NCBI GenBank assembly: GCA_964057225.1 | Contig: OZ059895.1 | Span: 15,624,001-15,688,000, forward strand | Reading direction: 5' to 3' | Source of the DNA: Auanema rhodensis | Taxonomy: Eukaryota > Animalia > Nematoda | Length of the DNA: 64,000 nt | In this document: positions 12,801 to 27,396 of the stretch, piece after piece | Layout of the letters: each line of letters starts with the position of its first letter | Numbering within the stretch: the stretch's first letter is position 1 | The notes under the pieces: generated by a model | Database searches by the model: none | What the model saw: only the letters and a program-made list of their open reading frames with translations | What the model was told of the DNA's origin: nothing | Translations under genes and position numbers: made by a program

Positions 12801-14816
12801 AACATCCATTCCACCGGATAATGAAAAACCAAATGAACGAATTGGTTTTCCATTAGAACTGGGGAGTTGATTACCATCAATTATCTATAAAACATAATTG
12901 AATAAGCACAAATTCACTCGTTATAGCAACCTGGGCTGGTTTTTTACGGAATTTTTTGGCATTCTTTGCTCCAAGATACACATAAACGCTACCAACTCCA
13001 TCATTGGAATATGGCGCTCCAACAGCAAAATCTATAAGAACCACAACAATAAAAGCTAGTTGACATCCTTTTCAAACCTTGATAACCATTCTTGTCACCA
13101 TCCAAATTTCCTAACTTTGCGATAGAGAGTCCAAATTGTGAAAAGTGAGGAGGACCTTTGATTATGACGGGTGGATGAAACACCAAATGGGACTCGGATC
13201 GACCCCGATGAACTCCCTGGGAGAAATAAACATAAACAATTCCACCAAAGTGTCCATCGGTATCAGAACGATGTTCAAATGGAGCTGACACGACCAAATC
13301 ATCAAATCTAAATCGAGCAAAACTTAAAATCACAACATGTCATCATTCATACCCATCATTATTGATATCAAGAACAGCAAGAGCATATCCAAATGCTGAA
13401 CCCATTTTTGTTCCATTTAAAACAAAATGATCTTCAACCGGCCCTAAGGTATCAGAGAATTCCTGCAATTCATAACAAAGTAAATTTCCATAAGTCCCTT
13501 ATTCGCTATGCCATACCTCATTATTAAACGGTAAAAAGAGGACTGCTCCATGCTGCCCAGAGCGAGTAGCTCCGGAAACGATTGTTTGTGATCCTTTCCG
13601 ATTAGAATCCTCATACCTAATGTATTAAAACTATATTTCAATTCCATAGACTAAACCAACCAAAAACCAAAACGTCCAACATTAACAGAATATCCTAGAT
13701 AATCATGACTAGTAAGCATAGATCTAATTCCTTCGCGATCCTATAAACAATTTCATAAACAATCTAACTTAAATAATGTATTTTATTGGTTTATGTAAAT
13801 GAAACATAAAATCTGAAACTTACACCACTGGCCATTGTATATTTCTCTCTCGTGTCACCGAAAGGACCTTCTTCGGACCACTTGGCGAACACACCACCTG
13901 TCCATTTCAAAGCACCAATAACGCCAGTTATGATAGTATTCTGAAGATGTGAAAAATAAAATACGCGAACGAATATTAAAGTTTCTCACATTAGTGATGG
14001 CAGCTGATATTCCTTCCATACAAGCTCCGAACTCATTGTGACGCAGACTTTTTGGAACATTCTTTTGCATACAAGTTGAATACAAAGCTAAATTTAGCGA
14101 ATAATGACAGTTTTCAAGTTCAAAGTTCGAACATACTTTTCATTTTCAAATCGGTGTCCAATTCATAACAAGCACCTTGAACATATCCACTCATGTTATG
14201 AAACCTAGTCAATGGAGAACATACCTGAAGCATTGTGTGAAATTTGATATCTTAGGGTTAGAAACATACCAATGCACTTCCTCCTTTTATACCCTGTGAA
14301 GCTACAACAGCTCCAAGTAATTGACCATCTTTACCTAAGTAATGGAACTGCTTTCCTTGTACAGGAGTCAAGTCTGGAGTTTTTTCGTAACCACTAGCAT
14401 CTTCATACTCGGCTTCTACTTGAGTACACCTAAAGTTAGCGAAAATGAAAATTTTGAAATAAAAAAGTGAGTTAATTACCATTGACTCCCACCAATTTTT
14501 GAATGAGTATTGATTGGACAAGAGAAAATAGCTCCTGCTTGAGTAGTGCCTACTTGTTTCGATTGAGCCCTAGGTGCTCCGACAAGAATACTGCAACATA
14601 TGATGAATAAAAAAATCAATACAGTGCCATATATTCAAAGTAAAAATCAAATTGAATGACTTACACTGATTTATCTCCGGAAAAATGCTGTGCAACAGAA
14701 TATCCAAAATATGAATCGTCGGGTCCATACTTATTTAGAGGTGAATGAATATCAATATTAAATGAAGATATAAGTTGGAAATACAAAAATAGTAATATAG
14801 TTCGTATAAATAACAT
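9835..14816 (-). CDS. ina-1: Integrin alpha subunit (laminin-binding class)
   Basis: About 26 exons. Signal peptide then FNIDIHSP; FG-GAP repeats (DDLVVSAP, NLDGDKNGY, DVDSNGYPDLVVG); furin site KRMKR; TM followed by KCGFFKR; tail PSLQRAELRHEREQWAQSEM* resembles INA-1 rather than PAT-2. Confidence 0.92.
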
Positions 14817-17800
14817 TTTGAAATCGGTTTATCTATTTCTCAGATGACGTTAATTAGCTGTTAGTCAATATGGATATTTTTTCTTTCGATCTTCAGAATA
14901 TTAAAACATTATATTTGAGCGAAGCTTCACACAACAGTTTTCTGAAATTTCAATTATAAATATCTATTGTGTAAATAAAATTATCACAAACTGTGATTGT
15001 GGGACGAAAAGAGAATGGAAAAAAGCGATAAATTTTAAGAATGAATCATCAGACGAACAGATATGATAGAGATTTTTTATGAGAAAAAGGGAAGTGCTTG
15101 TGTGGCTGTTAGTGGCCATCGCGAGTATTAAAGGTGTTGTGCTCCAGAGAGGGGGGGGCTGAGAGAGACAAATCAACGGCGATATTTGAACTCGCAAGCG
15201 TGTATATAATGTTCATGCTATCCTCTGTGACTTTTTAATGCTGAACAGCTGTAACGCCTTCCGTACTTGGATGAAAAACAGACGAAAGGCGGAAGAAAGA
15301 TGAAAAAGTATTTTGTAGAAACATTGCGTTGGATGATTCAGAAACCGTAGGCGTCTTAACTTTATGCAATAACAACATCGTGTCCTAACCACGGTTTAAC
15401 AGATTGCTGGACAACGATTAGAGTATGATTAAATATTTTAATGAAATTGAATGATGAATTCAGAAGCCCTTTTAAAACCAGTAATCGTGTTCAAAAATTT
15501 TGAACTAGAAGATGGTAAGGACATCAAATTCTCCATCGTTCATCAATTTCTTTATTGTTTTTTCAAATACAGTTTGATAAAAAGTTTTCAATGGACATTT
15601 TGAAGAAACAAATGATGAAAATATCTTTTTTTTAGACAGAAAATCAATATAATAATAGCTCATAATATTGATTATTTGAAAAGTTTACTTAAACTATTCA
15701 AAAAAGATAAAGACTATACGATAAAATGAATAGAATGGGTAATATCGGCAGATACAATAGAAACAAATTGAGGCAACGACTAATCAGAACCTTCTTTTGA
15801 TGACCGAATTATCACTCAAAGGTCATCTGAGGCCTCATCTGAGGTCCTGTTGATCTGTCTCATTCCTGATCATCTTCCGTCCTCCTTTATAACCGCGTTG
15901 TTTCTCTGGTTTGATGCGACGCGTGCGCGGTTGAATGCGCCGCGCGAGGCACTTACATGACCATGTAAGGAAAAGAACTGTAGTTATTAGCTGGGTCAAC
16001 CTCGAATCATAGATGAAAGATTAGTTAGGAGTGAGATGTCATCACAGTTTGATGGCTGATGTTTAGAATGATGTGCTTGTTCCGAGATATTGGAGTGAAG
16101 CAGTGTGTCAATGGGAATGAGAAGTACAAGAGAGATTGGTTGACCTCTCGGTCTGTTGCATTTTCATGTTTCCATTACTCTTTTCACGCATTTTCCATAT
16201 ATAATAGGCAGATGGTTCTGTGTTTTGGTTGGCACAGATGATGAGGCAAGAGAATGGATAAGAGCTGACTGAACAGACGAAAAAGAAAAGCAATAAGTAT
16301 CAGAAGTGGACGGACGTGTAAAGGCTAATGCTTAAATCTGGACAAGAAGAAAAGGGTGCAAGCAGATAGTGAGAGAAGAAAAAGAGGAACTGAATGGTAG
16401 ATTGCCATATTGGCGCAGCAGCATCTGGCTCCTAAAAGTCTCTCTTGCTCTCGAAACTATGTTGCAATGAGGCTGGCTAGATATAGTAGATTGAATGTGA
16501 GAATCAAGAAAACGGCTGCAGATGATGAAATTATATCTCGGACACAGACACTGATGGCTGAAAAGCAATATGACCACTGACTGAAGAAATCGATGCTGCC
16601 AACGACAAAGGACAAGACAGACACTCACGAATAAGATATGAGATAGCTGGGTAGTTTTGGTCCGTAAAGTTGGAATATGGGTTGGGTTAGAGTAATAGGA
16701 ATGTAAGGAGAGGGACGCCCAATCCAATCATCCATAAAGTGACAGAATCATGTTTTTATGGTCGAATAGAATAGCTGAGTGAATTCGAATAGGATGGATA
16801 GTTAGAAAAGGAGTAGCCATCCAATATGTGGGGGCATAGGTTTTACTAACATCTAAGAAGCCATGATGGATTTCAATTATGAGAGATCATTATGCAAATA
16901 GCTTAGAGCTACGTCTTGATGGCTAAACTTCAAAGAAGAAGCCGAAAGTGACTGAATGAAATGAAGCTTAATTGACACAGTTGAATAGCTGAATCTATCT
17001 TCCTGGAATATTCTAAGATCTAGATAGTTGGCAGCTTAAAGCACATGATATATAAGTTGGCACATGTATGTATAGTTTTGTGTTATAACATGCTTGAAAC
17101 AAGAAAACTTGGCCATTTTGAAACGGCAACGAGCTATTTTTGAACAAAAAAAGCCATAAATGTAAAACACAAAGGACACAAAATGATGAATGAGATCTGT
17201 ATTGAATAGTGTTAGATGACGATGAGCGAGAGTTCGGAGAGAAGTCAGAGCAATTGGTGGCGGTGGTGGGCTAGCTAGCTGAGACCCAGCATGACGAGGA
17301 CACAATAGCAATATGTAGATTTGAACATAAAATTTCGTTAGAAGAACTGAAATTGTATTTCAATTTTCAGTGAACTTTCAGCAACAGATGGCCTAATCAT
17401 GGTATTACCTCTGTCAGTTTGTCATCATTCTTAATTTTACAGCTGTCTTAGCAAATGGCTATAAAACATTGAAATCTTGTCATATTTTTGAATAGACAAT
17501 ACGTAGTCTAATTAATGTTTACAATCATTGAGGATTATTTATCTATAACTAGCTAGTATTGTATCTATCAGTCATTTTTATCTCAAAAATAATACAACAG
17601 ATTTTCATTTGAATAGATATATGGAGGGTCTTGCTCTTGCTTTCATTCATTCTATTTAACATCACTGATCTAGCTTTTATATTTCTTGTTTTCAAAACGA
17701 CAATGTGAGTGATAAGCATAATATCTAAGTATGAAATATATGAAAAACAGTTTTTCTAATCAATAAAATGAAAAAAAAATCATTATTTATAAAATGGATT

Positions 17801-19982
17801 TAGAGCATTAACAAGCTCTATGAGGCATTAAAATTGTGTATTCTTTGCTTGTTCTGACGAATTTGAAGTTACACAAAGCTGATAGAGAATGGAACGTCTG
17901 ATCCAAAAATAATAAAAAAATATTTGAAAACTTTTCATAATCAACGTCAAATGACATGTGAAATGAGTATATATATACATTATTTCTTATAAATTTTGAA
18001 CAAATTTGATCACATCGTTCAAAATTATTTTGTAAATTAGTAATTTTCATATAAAAAAAACAAAAGAAAGAATAATGTTAGTTTTAACTTAACTATAAAA
18101 GAAAAACAGAAAATGACACAGTACGATTAATATATAAGGAAGCTGAGTATGTTAAGCTGTAGATTTGAAGTGGATCGATCGATGCCGTATTTGTAATGGG
18201 TCAGTCCTAACAAGAGCGACATCTAGGTTTACTTTATTTGCTTTACCGAGGTCGCCGAGCTTTTGATATCTATGTGCAATAAATAAAAAGTCAAAGAACC
18301 ACCAAATATTCTAGCATAATCAAGAATACTAGCAGCATTAGTATGATGAAATCTACATAGATGCAGTTAAACAGAGAAAATTTTCAGAAAAAATAAAACA
18401 AAAAAATGATGGAAAGTGTTAGCTTTCCCTTCTCATTCTCTCATCTCCCCAATCATCATCTTTATATATCTGTGAGTTGAAAATAGTTTATCTGTATTGT
18501 GCAATATAAGCTATACAAAAACAGTATCCGAATAGGTTTCAACTTTTTCAACAACTAATGCTGGAAGCATTATAATCATATAAAAAAGGATATTATGATA
18601 TGTTCCCCTATATGCAAGAAAAGTGAAGGATTTTCGAATGATATTCATTTCAAAAGTTCACAGTAGTTTTGAGAAGTAGGATGTTTTGAATGAAAATATC
18701 TTTCCTCTCTCTCTCTCTCTTGTTTCCCTCCCATTTAGTGAATTATAATAATAATAGTTTATCCTGTGAAAGCAAGGGCTTCTGTAATTAGTTTATTATC
18801 TTTTTTTTTCAAAGAAATAGGGGCCAAAGTGGATGACTGATGAGATTGTAATTGAGGATTGAAAACAATTGCTAGCTTAACACATACACTGACTCATTCA
18901 GAGACTTCTTTGATTATAATTTGTTTTATTTTCTTAGATGTTTATGTAATTCCTATTCTGCGAATCATGATCCAACACAATGCTCACTTTTCTCTGAACG
19001 AATATGTTATTTCTTCACTTGTAAGCGAGAAACTCGATGACAGCTTCAGTACTACCTTCTTAATTATATAGTCAGATGAGATGAATTCAAAATTTTAAAC
19101 ATATCAGCTTATCTGATGTCTCTATTGTGATCATGATTTCCAGTCAGTTGCTTCTTGGCTCATCTCCCCTGGCAACGGGCTCTCTCTTTCCCTCTTCATC
19201 TCCCCGGCATAAATGCTGGGGGTGGAGAGGGAGGAGGCTTGCTAGTAGTCGGACGAGCAGAGCTATCACAGCCTACCTTGTCTAGCCGATACTTTACTTT
19301 CTTTATCTTTATCATTTTATCATTACTACCAGTTCACAATATCTTAATGCCCCTGTATTTGGTATTATTTTCGTATTTTTCTTCTTGTCTCTATCATGCT
19401 TCTTCTTGCAATGCTCTAGCTGATGATCTCATAATCATCATATCCTACTTGATACTTGACTGCAATACCCATTTAGAGCATGAACTCATATTTCGTATTT
19501 GTCCGTATTGACGTTATTGCTACTTACATCACTTCCTTCCACAATTTTACATTACAAAAAAACCGCTGATATTCAATTATGAAAATGGAGATAGCTTCCC
19601 AAAAAAAATACCGGCAATTTCTCATTGCGAAATTTTAACATTTTTATGGATTATTCCTCATTTATTTTTAATTTTCCTTGCCGCGTTTTTAGTTAAAGCA
19701 CTATTAGATGATGAAAAGTTGCAGCCTAATAAGATGAAACAGAAATTATTACATACTTCCGCTTTATCTTACTTGGCTTAAAACCTTTATATGCAAAATT
19801 TTATGAGCTTCTTCAGCAAATACATGTATGTGGAATTCCATATTATCTTCTAATTTCAGCGTATTAATCATCTATTTTCGCCAAAAATTGGAAAATGGTT
19901 ATCCTTGTTATCTAGCAAATCCATAGCCTGTAGTGAGACCGCTAACGGATTATCTTCTATTCCTTTTCAATTTTAGGTCAGT

Positions 19983-22900
19983 ATGGCGTCGTCCTCACCC
20001 CAAGATACACAGGTAATACGAGAATTTGTGAAAGCTGTACTATCTTTTTATCATTAATTCCATAAAATTACCAGTCGAGATATATTGCAGGCTTCAACAT
20101 CACAACAACCAAACAATGATGAACAACCGGGACCAAGTTCTCCAGTTCAAGCTAATGGAGTCCCACCTAGCGGTGGAATGTTGCTTGATCCCGCGGTACT
20201 CACAAATGGTACCCTGGATACCGGTGTCTCATCAGCTGCCACGAAGATCTCCTTAATGAGCAAGGTAAGCTGCTGTTATCGACTATCACATACATGTGTA
20301 CATGCTCTTATCTCATGCATGTCATTGCTTCATCACAGAATCCGTCCGAAAGTAATCGCTTATAAATATTAAATGCGAATATAAAAACATGCTTTGAACT
20401 ATAAGGTGTATATAAACTTTGTTTTAGCTGTTAACGAGAAAAAACAAAGTGCACGACACCACATACGCTGAACGAAATAATGCACAACAGGAGTTTATGC
20501 AAAAGTTTGCTGGCACATCACAACCTCCTGTTGAAGAAAATAATGAAGAGGCAGCTCCAGAGGATGATGCATCTGAAGGTTTGTCATGGAAATTGTATTT
20601 GTTTCAAAAAGGAATTATAATTACATAAGCTTTTATGGTATTTATTTTATTTTTACTCAAAATTATTAAATTTACTTCCGTTTTGCACACTTTTATGCGT
20701 TCAAAATTAGCATATAATTCAATGCGTGTTCACGTGGCCACATTACGTCACAATCATTTTTATATTTTAACTGATATGATGCGGCTGGTCATGAATTAAA
20801 CGAAGTATTTATAGGCTTTATCAGTCGATGGCGAAAAAAATATTCTACGTTTGTTATGGATCCATCAGAAGATCAATATTACTATTGGACTGTCATTGTA
20901 TGTTTCCATGCTTAGTTTATGCTTTCAATTTTTTTATATTCTAGGTAACAACTGCATATGCTTATAATCTATTAGTAGTGATTGCTAGACAAGTGTTTTC
21001 GGATCTTATTGGGCCAGCCGGAACGTATTATTGTTATGTAAATCAAGAAAATGCGAATGATAATGCAACACTTCCTTGTAAGGATAACCCGCAATTACAG
21101 CAAAATATGGAGGTATGAAAATCAAACTATGTGTATTCTAATCAATTACATGTCAATGCTTAAGAGGATGCCTTATTTGGAATATGATTCGTATGCTGGT
21201 TGGAAAGAATACTGGCATATTCGATTAGCTTGGATTATTGTGGATCTTATTACAGATATGGTATATGTAATTGATATTTGGGTTAGATGTCGCACAGGTG
21301 AGAGTAATTTTTAATTTTTAATTAGTTCATAGTTAGTTAGCCTTCTTGTTTGTGATAAATCACTGTTTTTAGGTTTCTTGGAGCAAGGTCTTGTAGTAAA
21401 AGAAACCGATAAAATTCAAAAACAATATCGTAGCTCTCTTCAGTATAAAATAGATGTAATTAGTATTATACCACTGGATTATATATTTGGTTATCTTTTG
21501 CTTTGTCTTTGTTGATTAACAAAATCAAATTTTAGGATGGCCCATACCAATTCCTGGAGTTCCAACATTACCTATATTGCGTCTTAATCGCTTATTACGC
21601 GTGAATCGTGTAAGTGATTGGCGTGAGAGAACGGAAACAAGGTTTGTTTTCTCAAAATCAATATGCTAATAAATTTGTTTTGTGTTTACAGAAGTAGCAT
21701 ACCAAATGCCTTTCGTGTACTCTGTGTCGTTATCTATATTATTGTCATTATTCACTGGAATGCCTGTTTTTATTTCGGAATTTCGGAATGGATTGGTCTT
21801 GGCAGTGATGGATGGGTATATGGTAACTTGAACAGGCAGAGCTTGCCCGAGTAAGTCATTGAAGAATTCATTTTGCAATTGTTTCCGAAAATTAATTTCC
21901 GACTTTGAGATTAGCTCGCTTTTTCAGAGATGTGATGGATACGCTAATGCGGAGATATATATACAGCTTCTATTGGTCAACACTAATATTGACAACTATT
22001 GGAGAGGTAATAATTTATGTTTGAAACTGAATTATGCTTTAAAACATAATTGCGGAATTGAACTCAGTTTTTAACTCATTTCCCTGTACTCGCAAAATTG
22101 TTTTTATCTAAAAAGTAATTATGGTAAGCTGTAAAGGATATTGCCTGGCTATCTCTATGGTGCTTTCCCTAATTTCCGTTTCTGTTTAGCGGTTATTTTA
22201 TTTTATGTTCTAAATTATATATGTCTTTTAATTTTCGCTGTTTGCCCTATTAAAGATCACCGATCTACCAAGTATAATCCTTCCTCTGTAGTGTCTGTAC
22301 AATTACAGTCACGATGAACAGTCTAAGAGAACGTGAAAGCTTTGCCCAACTCACCCACATACACATATGAATATAATAATAAGTTTTGTATGTTATGTTC
22401 ATTCAGGTTCCTGGACCTGTGCTGAACGTGGAATTTTTATTTGTGACAGCTGATTTGATGTGCGGAGTCCTTATTTTCGCTACCATTGTCGGTAATGTCG
22501 GAAGGCAAGCTAAAAAAGAATTCAATTAAAAAGGTCGAATCTATTTAGTATGATTTCCAATATGTCTGCAGCAAGAACTGAGTTTCAAAATAAGATGGAT
22601 GGAATCAAGCAATATATGGAATTACGAAAAGTCAGCAAACAGGTATACTTATATCAAAATCCGCCTTAAATTATCATTGAAGTTATTTTAGCTTGAAGCT
22701 CGAGTAATTAAGTGGTTTGATTACCTCTGGGCTAATAAACAGTCGTTGTCTGACCAACAGGTATTGAAGGTAAGATAATACAAACTTATATTACTGTGTA
22801 TTTATTAACATTTGCTAAGGTGCTACCAGATAAGTTGCAAGCAGAAATTGCTATGCAAGTTCATTTTGAAACTCTTCGTAAAGTTAGAATTTTTCAAGTT

Positions 22901-23855
22901 GGTTTTTAAGTTTTTAAATACAAAAACGTGGTGTCTGCAGGATTGTGAAGCTGGATTGCTGGCAGAGTTGGTGTTGAAACTGAAACTTCAAGTGTTTTCT
23001 CCTGGAGATTATATTTGTCGTAAAGGTGATATTGGTAGAGAAATGTATATAGTTAAACGAGGAAAACTTCAAGTAGTTAGTGACGATCCAGTAAAAGTGT
23101 GTTTCTATTTTATGATAATGGTATGGCCTGCATTTATTTATAGGTTAAGGTGTTTGCTATTCTTCAAGAGGGTTCTGTATTTGGTGAACTAAGTATTCTT
23201 AATATAGCAGGTAAGTATTGCTAAAAAGAATAATATAAATATTGGATAATGCTTGAAAGGTAGTAAAAATGGTAATCGACGTACTGCAAACGTTCGATCA
23301 GTTGGTTATACGGATTTATTTGTTCTGAACAAAAATGATTTATGGAATGCTTTACGTGAATATCCGGATGCAAGAAAGTTGCTTTTGGTCAAAGTAAGTT
23401 ATAAAATAATTAATTGAAGGAAGTACATGTTTGATTGTATAGGGTAGAGAATTGCTTCGAAAGGATAACTTGTTGGATGAGAATGCTCCTGAAGAGCAAC
23501 AAACCGCAGAAGAATTGGCAGAACAATTAAATAGTCATGTTAAAGTGTTACAAACTAGGTACCATTGGGTTCAAGTAACATTGCATTTGTTAATTTACTT
23601 AACAGGATGGCGCGATTAATTGTGGAACACACTAGCACAGAAACAAAACTGAATAAGCGTATAGAGATGCTGGAAATACAACTAAGAAAGTAAGTTTATA
23701 TGCTAACGAACAGAACGGTTGAACACTCTAAAGCTGAATGATATAGAGAAAGGAACAACTTTATATGTTTTAGGTATCGAAGTCTTGCTCGCCGACAAAA
23801 AAGTTTACAGCCATCTACATCAATGGATAGACAGATGTCAATTGAGGAAGTTTAG
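19983..23855 (+). CDS. tax-4: Cyclic-nucleotide-gated channel alpha subunit
   Basis: S1-S6 segments, S4 [12 protein letters not shown], pore [20 protein letters not shown]-linker, cNMP-binding domain ([18 protein letters not shown]...[24 protein letters not shown]) and C-terminal coiled coil [10 protein letters not shown]; about 19 exons. Confidence 0.93.
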
Positions 23856-24362
23856 ATTTAAGATCTTCGTGTAATTATTTCTACTTAATCATAGAGATTC
23901 TGTATAGCTTTTTGAATTTGACGGGTCTTGTGAGCAAATATCCACAGATATTGCTCATGTATTCTTCTTTCTTGTGTTTAGATTTTTATCAGAGCAGTTT
24001 TTTGTTTAATTTATATAATAATATTGCATTGTATTCACTCAATTCCTCGATGGAGTTACAATTTGATAGTATTGCATCAACTACTTCAATTAGCATTTCA
24101 TTTTATATGTTTTGTCTACATGCTCGAATGTCATTATGTCATTTATTATGATAACAAGTCATAAAACTATTTCTTTTTGGTCTGAAATTTGATTCTTTCC
24201 CATTCACGAAATCTATATTTGCCAAAACTATTACGCTGCTAGTTGTGATATTAAAGGGAATGACGTTAAGAAATCCTTCAAGAAGACATATATTCCGAAA
24301 ATCCTCCAATATGGTAACTCTCTGTCGCTAACAGCTCCATTCTAATTGTGTTCGAATATTGA

Positions 24363-25214
24363 ATGTGCGAGCTAAGCAAGTGGATCACTCCTGAAGTTTT
24401 GCGGAAATTTCAACCTTATCGGTAAGTACTTGCCCCTTTTCGTATATTTTATGAGATAAAATGCCTTTCAGACGCGTTTTCTTGTTAGTTGCTGTTCTTT
24501 CAATATTATTTTCCGTTCTTATAATCATAGAAAATATCGTATTCTTTGCAGTTAATACTCATCAGTAAGCTTTTTTAAGCATCCAACCTTAATATTAACT
24601 TTTTCATCATTTAAGACATTTTTTCATTCTCCTTCTGCCGTACCTTTTAAGCTGGATTCTGGTTATTCTTGGATGCATATTTGCTAGAGTAGCATACATA
24701 CTTTATCGCTCCAAAATGAAGCAATTCAGTTAGTTTTTTGAATATTTTTTCTTACGTGTCAGCGAATGACACATTTTGTATCATTTCTATTATTTCTGGT
24801 TCATGATGTTTCAATTTAGCTGCTGTCAGAGCACAGTCACCAACTGCATGGACTGTTGATAGTCGTCCAGTTTCTCCCAATGTAAGTTGATTTGTGCTAT
24901 TTCCGACACATTAAATGTGACGGATGCGCCGTAGTTCAATTCTGATATGTCTTTTTGCGATTTTAGTTAGCATCATCAACTTTGGATTCAAGTCTATCAT
25001 TGTCATATAACAGCATATTGTTCCGACCATCTGTTTCTATGTCTTCTTCACCCTTTTTCATATCAGATGGAATGTTCAGGTTTGTATGAAAGCGTTGAGA
25101 CAAGATTGAACAACATCTTAGTTTAGGTATCAGGATGAACCGCCATCGTATGATGATGTTGTTCAAACGAGAGCTTCACCTCAACCACCTCGTTCAACAA
25201 CACCAATAGCTTAA
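24363..25214 (+). CDS. Two-TM membrane protein with a C-terminal PPxY (PPSY) motif
   Basis: MCELSKWITPEVLRKFQPYRRVFLLVAVLSILFSVLIIIENIVFFAVN...FFILLLPYLLSWILVILGCIFA..., Ser/Pro-rich tail, ...YQDEPPSYDDVVQ...PIA*. Internal micro-exon near 24763 and the start codon are uncertain. Confidence 0.6.
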
Positions 25215-25615
25215 TCTATATTCATAATTTGTAATTTTTAAAAAAAGGAATATATGTACATACATGTATATGTTTATATTCTAGGTTTCAAATATAATAT
25301 TTCTTATGCAATTTGTCTTTAAATGTTTTAAAACAATGCCGGAAATAGCGATAAGGAACGATTGAAACGTGTGGAATCCTTATAAAAACGGAGAAAAAAC
25401 CTTTGACAACAATTCCATTATTATTGTGAAATTGTGAAAACAGAATGTAAAATGTGGTTTCCAGCATACTATTTTGATATTCGCAATATATGGCTGTCAT
25501 GTGTTGCCGAATGGATTATCAATCTGTCATCTTTACCAAGAATAAGACGAAGAATAAGCAGTGAATGCTTTTAATTTCTAACAAAGAAAATAAAATAATA
25601 AAGAACAAATATCAT

Positions 25616-26126
25616 CTAAAACGTATAATCTATTCGAAATTCTCTCATATGCACACCGTTTTCATCTTGAGCTACGCATTCATAAAGGCCAGCATCCAAT
25701 ATTCGAGTCAGAACTATTTGAAGTCGAGAGGCTACTCCTCGTGGAAAGTAGTCCGTCCTTATCTGAAAACAAGGAGAATTATCTGGCATGTATATCTATG
25801 TAAACGGTTGTTTCTAGGGAATTTCTAAAGATATACCAATGTTCGATGATCGCTTGATAGTTCTAAGCCACTCTTGTACCAACGAATATGGACGCTATGC
25901 TCAGCTTCAGCTTCACAATACAGCTTTAATGTATAACCTAATTTGAAAGTTTGTCGTAATAAGCTATGTCTGATAATGTGTGGACCCTAAATACATGATG
26001 TGTATGAACTAATAAGGTTGAAAAGCCTACTTTATTAGATTTGGCAAAATAATATTTATCTTCAAATGTGGCTAAAGCTATATTAGAGCAAACGGCGGCA
26101 ATTGTCGCAAGGATTAACACATACAT
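25616..26126 (-). CDS. Secreted single-Ig-domain protein, OIG-4-like
   Basis: 3 exons. Signal peptide MYVLILATIAAVCSNIALA; RQTFKLGYTLKLYCEAE...IRWYKSG...DAGLYECVAQDENG...FRIDYTF*. I-set C...W...DxGxYxC pattern; the QTFxLGY motif recalls OIG-4. Confidence 0.8.
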
Positions 26127-27396
26127 TATGCTGATTCCATTCAAGAACTAAGAGCAATAATTAAAAAAATGGAAATAAAATGTCTTGCAAGAACAAACAA
26201 AAGGCTATGAAGTTGACTGAGAGGCGATAAGTCCGTAACCAGAAGTTCAGACAAAGTAGTTAATTTGAAAGCAGAAAATAGATGAGAAATCGCAAAGAAA
26301 GGTGAAATATTTGAATTTGAATGTAAATCGACAAGGAAATTGAATAGACGGGGAACAGCCGTGAAGCATTAGAGAGAGCTATAAGCAGACACGATGCCAC
26401 CAACGCTAAAGGAAACCCTCAGCGTCTTCGTGCCAAAAAATTCAGGAATAAAGAATTGAGATGACTTGTTTACGACATTTCAGTCGAAATATAGAAAAAA
26501 GAAGTTAAGAAAAGTAAAGAGTGGACACGTTGTGCGACATTTGAAAGGATTTTAATTCCGTACTCTTCTTTTCCTAAGAATCATAATCCTAGTTGTCATG
26601 TCAAACATGATGTACTGACTTACAAGGAACGAAGATGAAGCTCCCGGAGAATGAAGAGCGTGGGTAACTAGAGGACTAGACAAGTGTAATGTCTGGATGT
26701 TTTATCCTAATAAAATACTTCGTGGTCTAGTGCAAATGAGTCCTCTCAGTTTCAGAATGAAATGAACGAAAATTGATGTAATGCTAGGGGTAAAGTAACT
26801 CAGCTAATAAAGCAGCATAGCATTCAAGGAAGAAGGACATAAAGTATCAGGTATAAGATTGAACAAAAAATTATGAATTATTTATGTGTTAGAACTACAA
26901 TAACTAAATATAGCCATGGATAGATTTTTGAAACAATACAAGTATATTCCTAAATTTAAAAATTTATACAAGTCTTGATAAACAACAAAAACAAAAAACA
27001 AGAGAAACAAAGAAAAGTGAAGAGGGAGTGAAAGCATCTTGACAAAGGGATAACTTGTGAAAAGCTTTGATTCCCGTGGGGTATTTGAATATTAATTCAC
27101 TTTCTCCTTTTTTTCTTATAATTCGCTAAATATATTGACATATACAACAGCAGTGGTTATGGCGGAGAAGTGAAAAAAAAGATTGAAACGAGAGTGACAA
27201 TGAGCTAGTAAGAGGGACGACGAAAGAGAAAATGAAGCTAACTATCAGAGGGATCGTTCTTTGCTCAGTAATATGTTTTTACAATTAAACATACGCTTAT
27301 TGACAGAATAACATTCAATACTGAAAACCCGAATTATTATTAACATGCGTGAATGATGTGAACTAATATAAGGAAACATTTACAAAAAAAAATCAA

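Noticed and set aside
16332-16727. 131-aa minus-strand ORF in the ina-1/tax-4 spacer
   Set aside because: Non-ATG start, compositionally biased, no recognisable domain or consistent exon chain.
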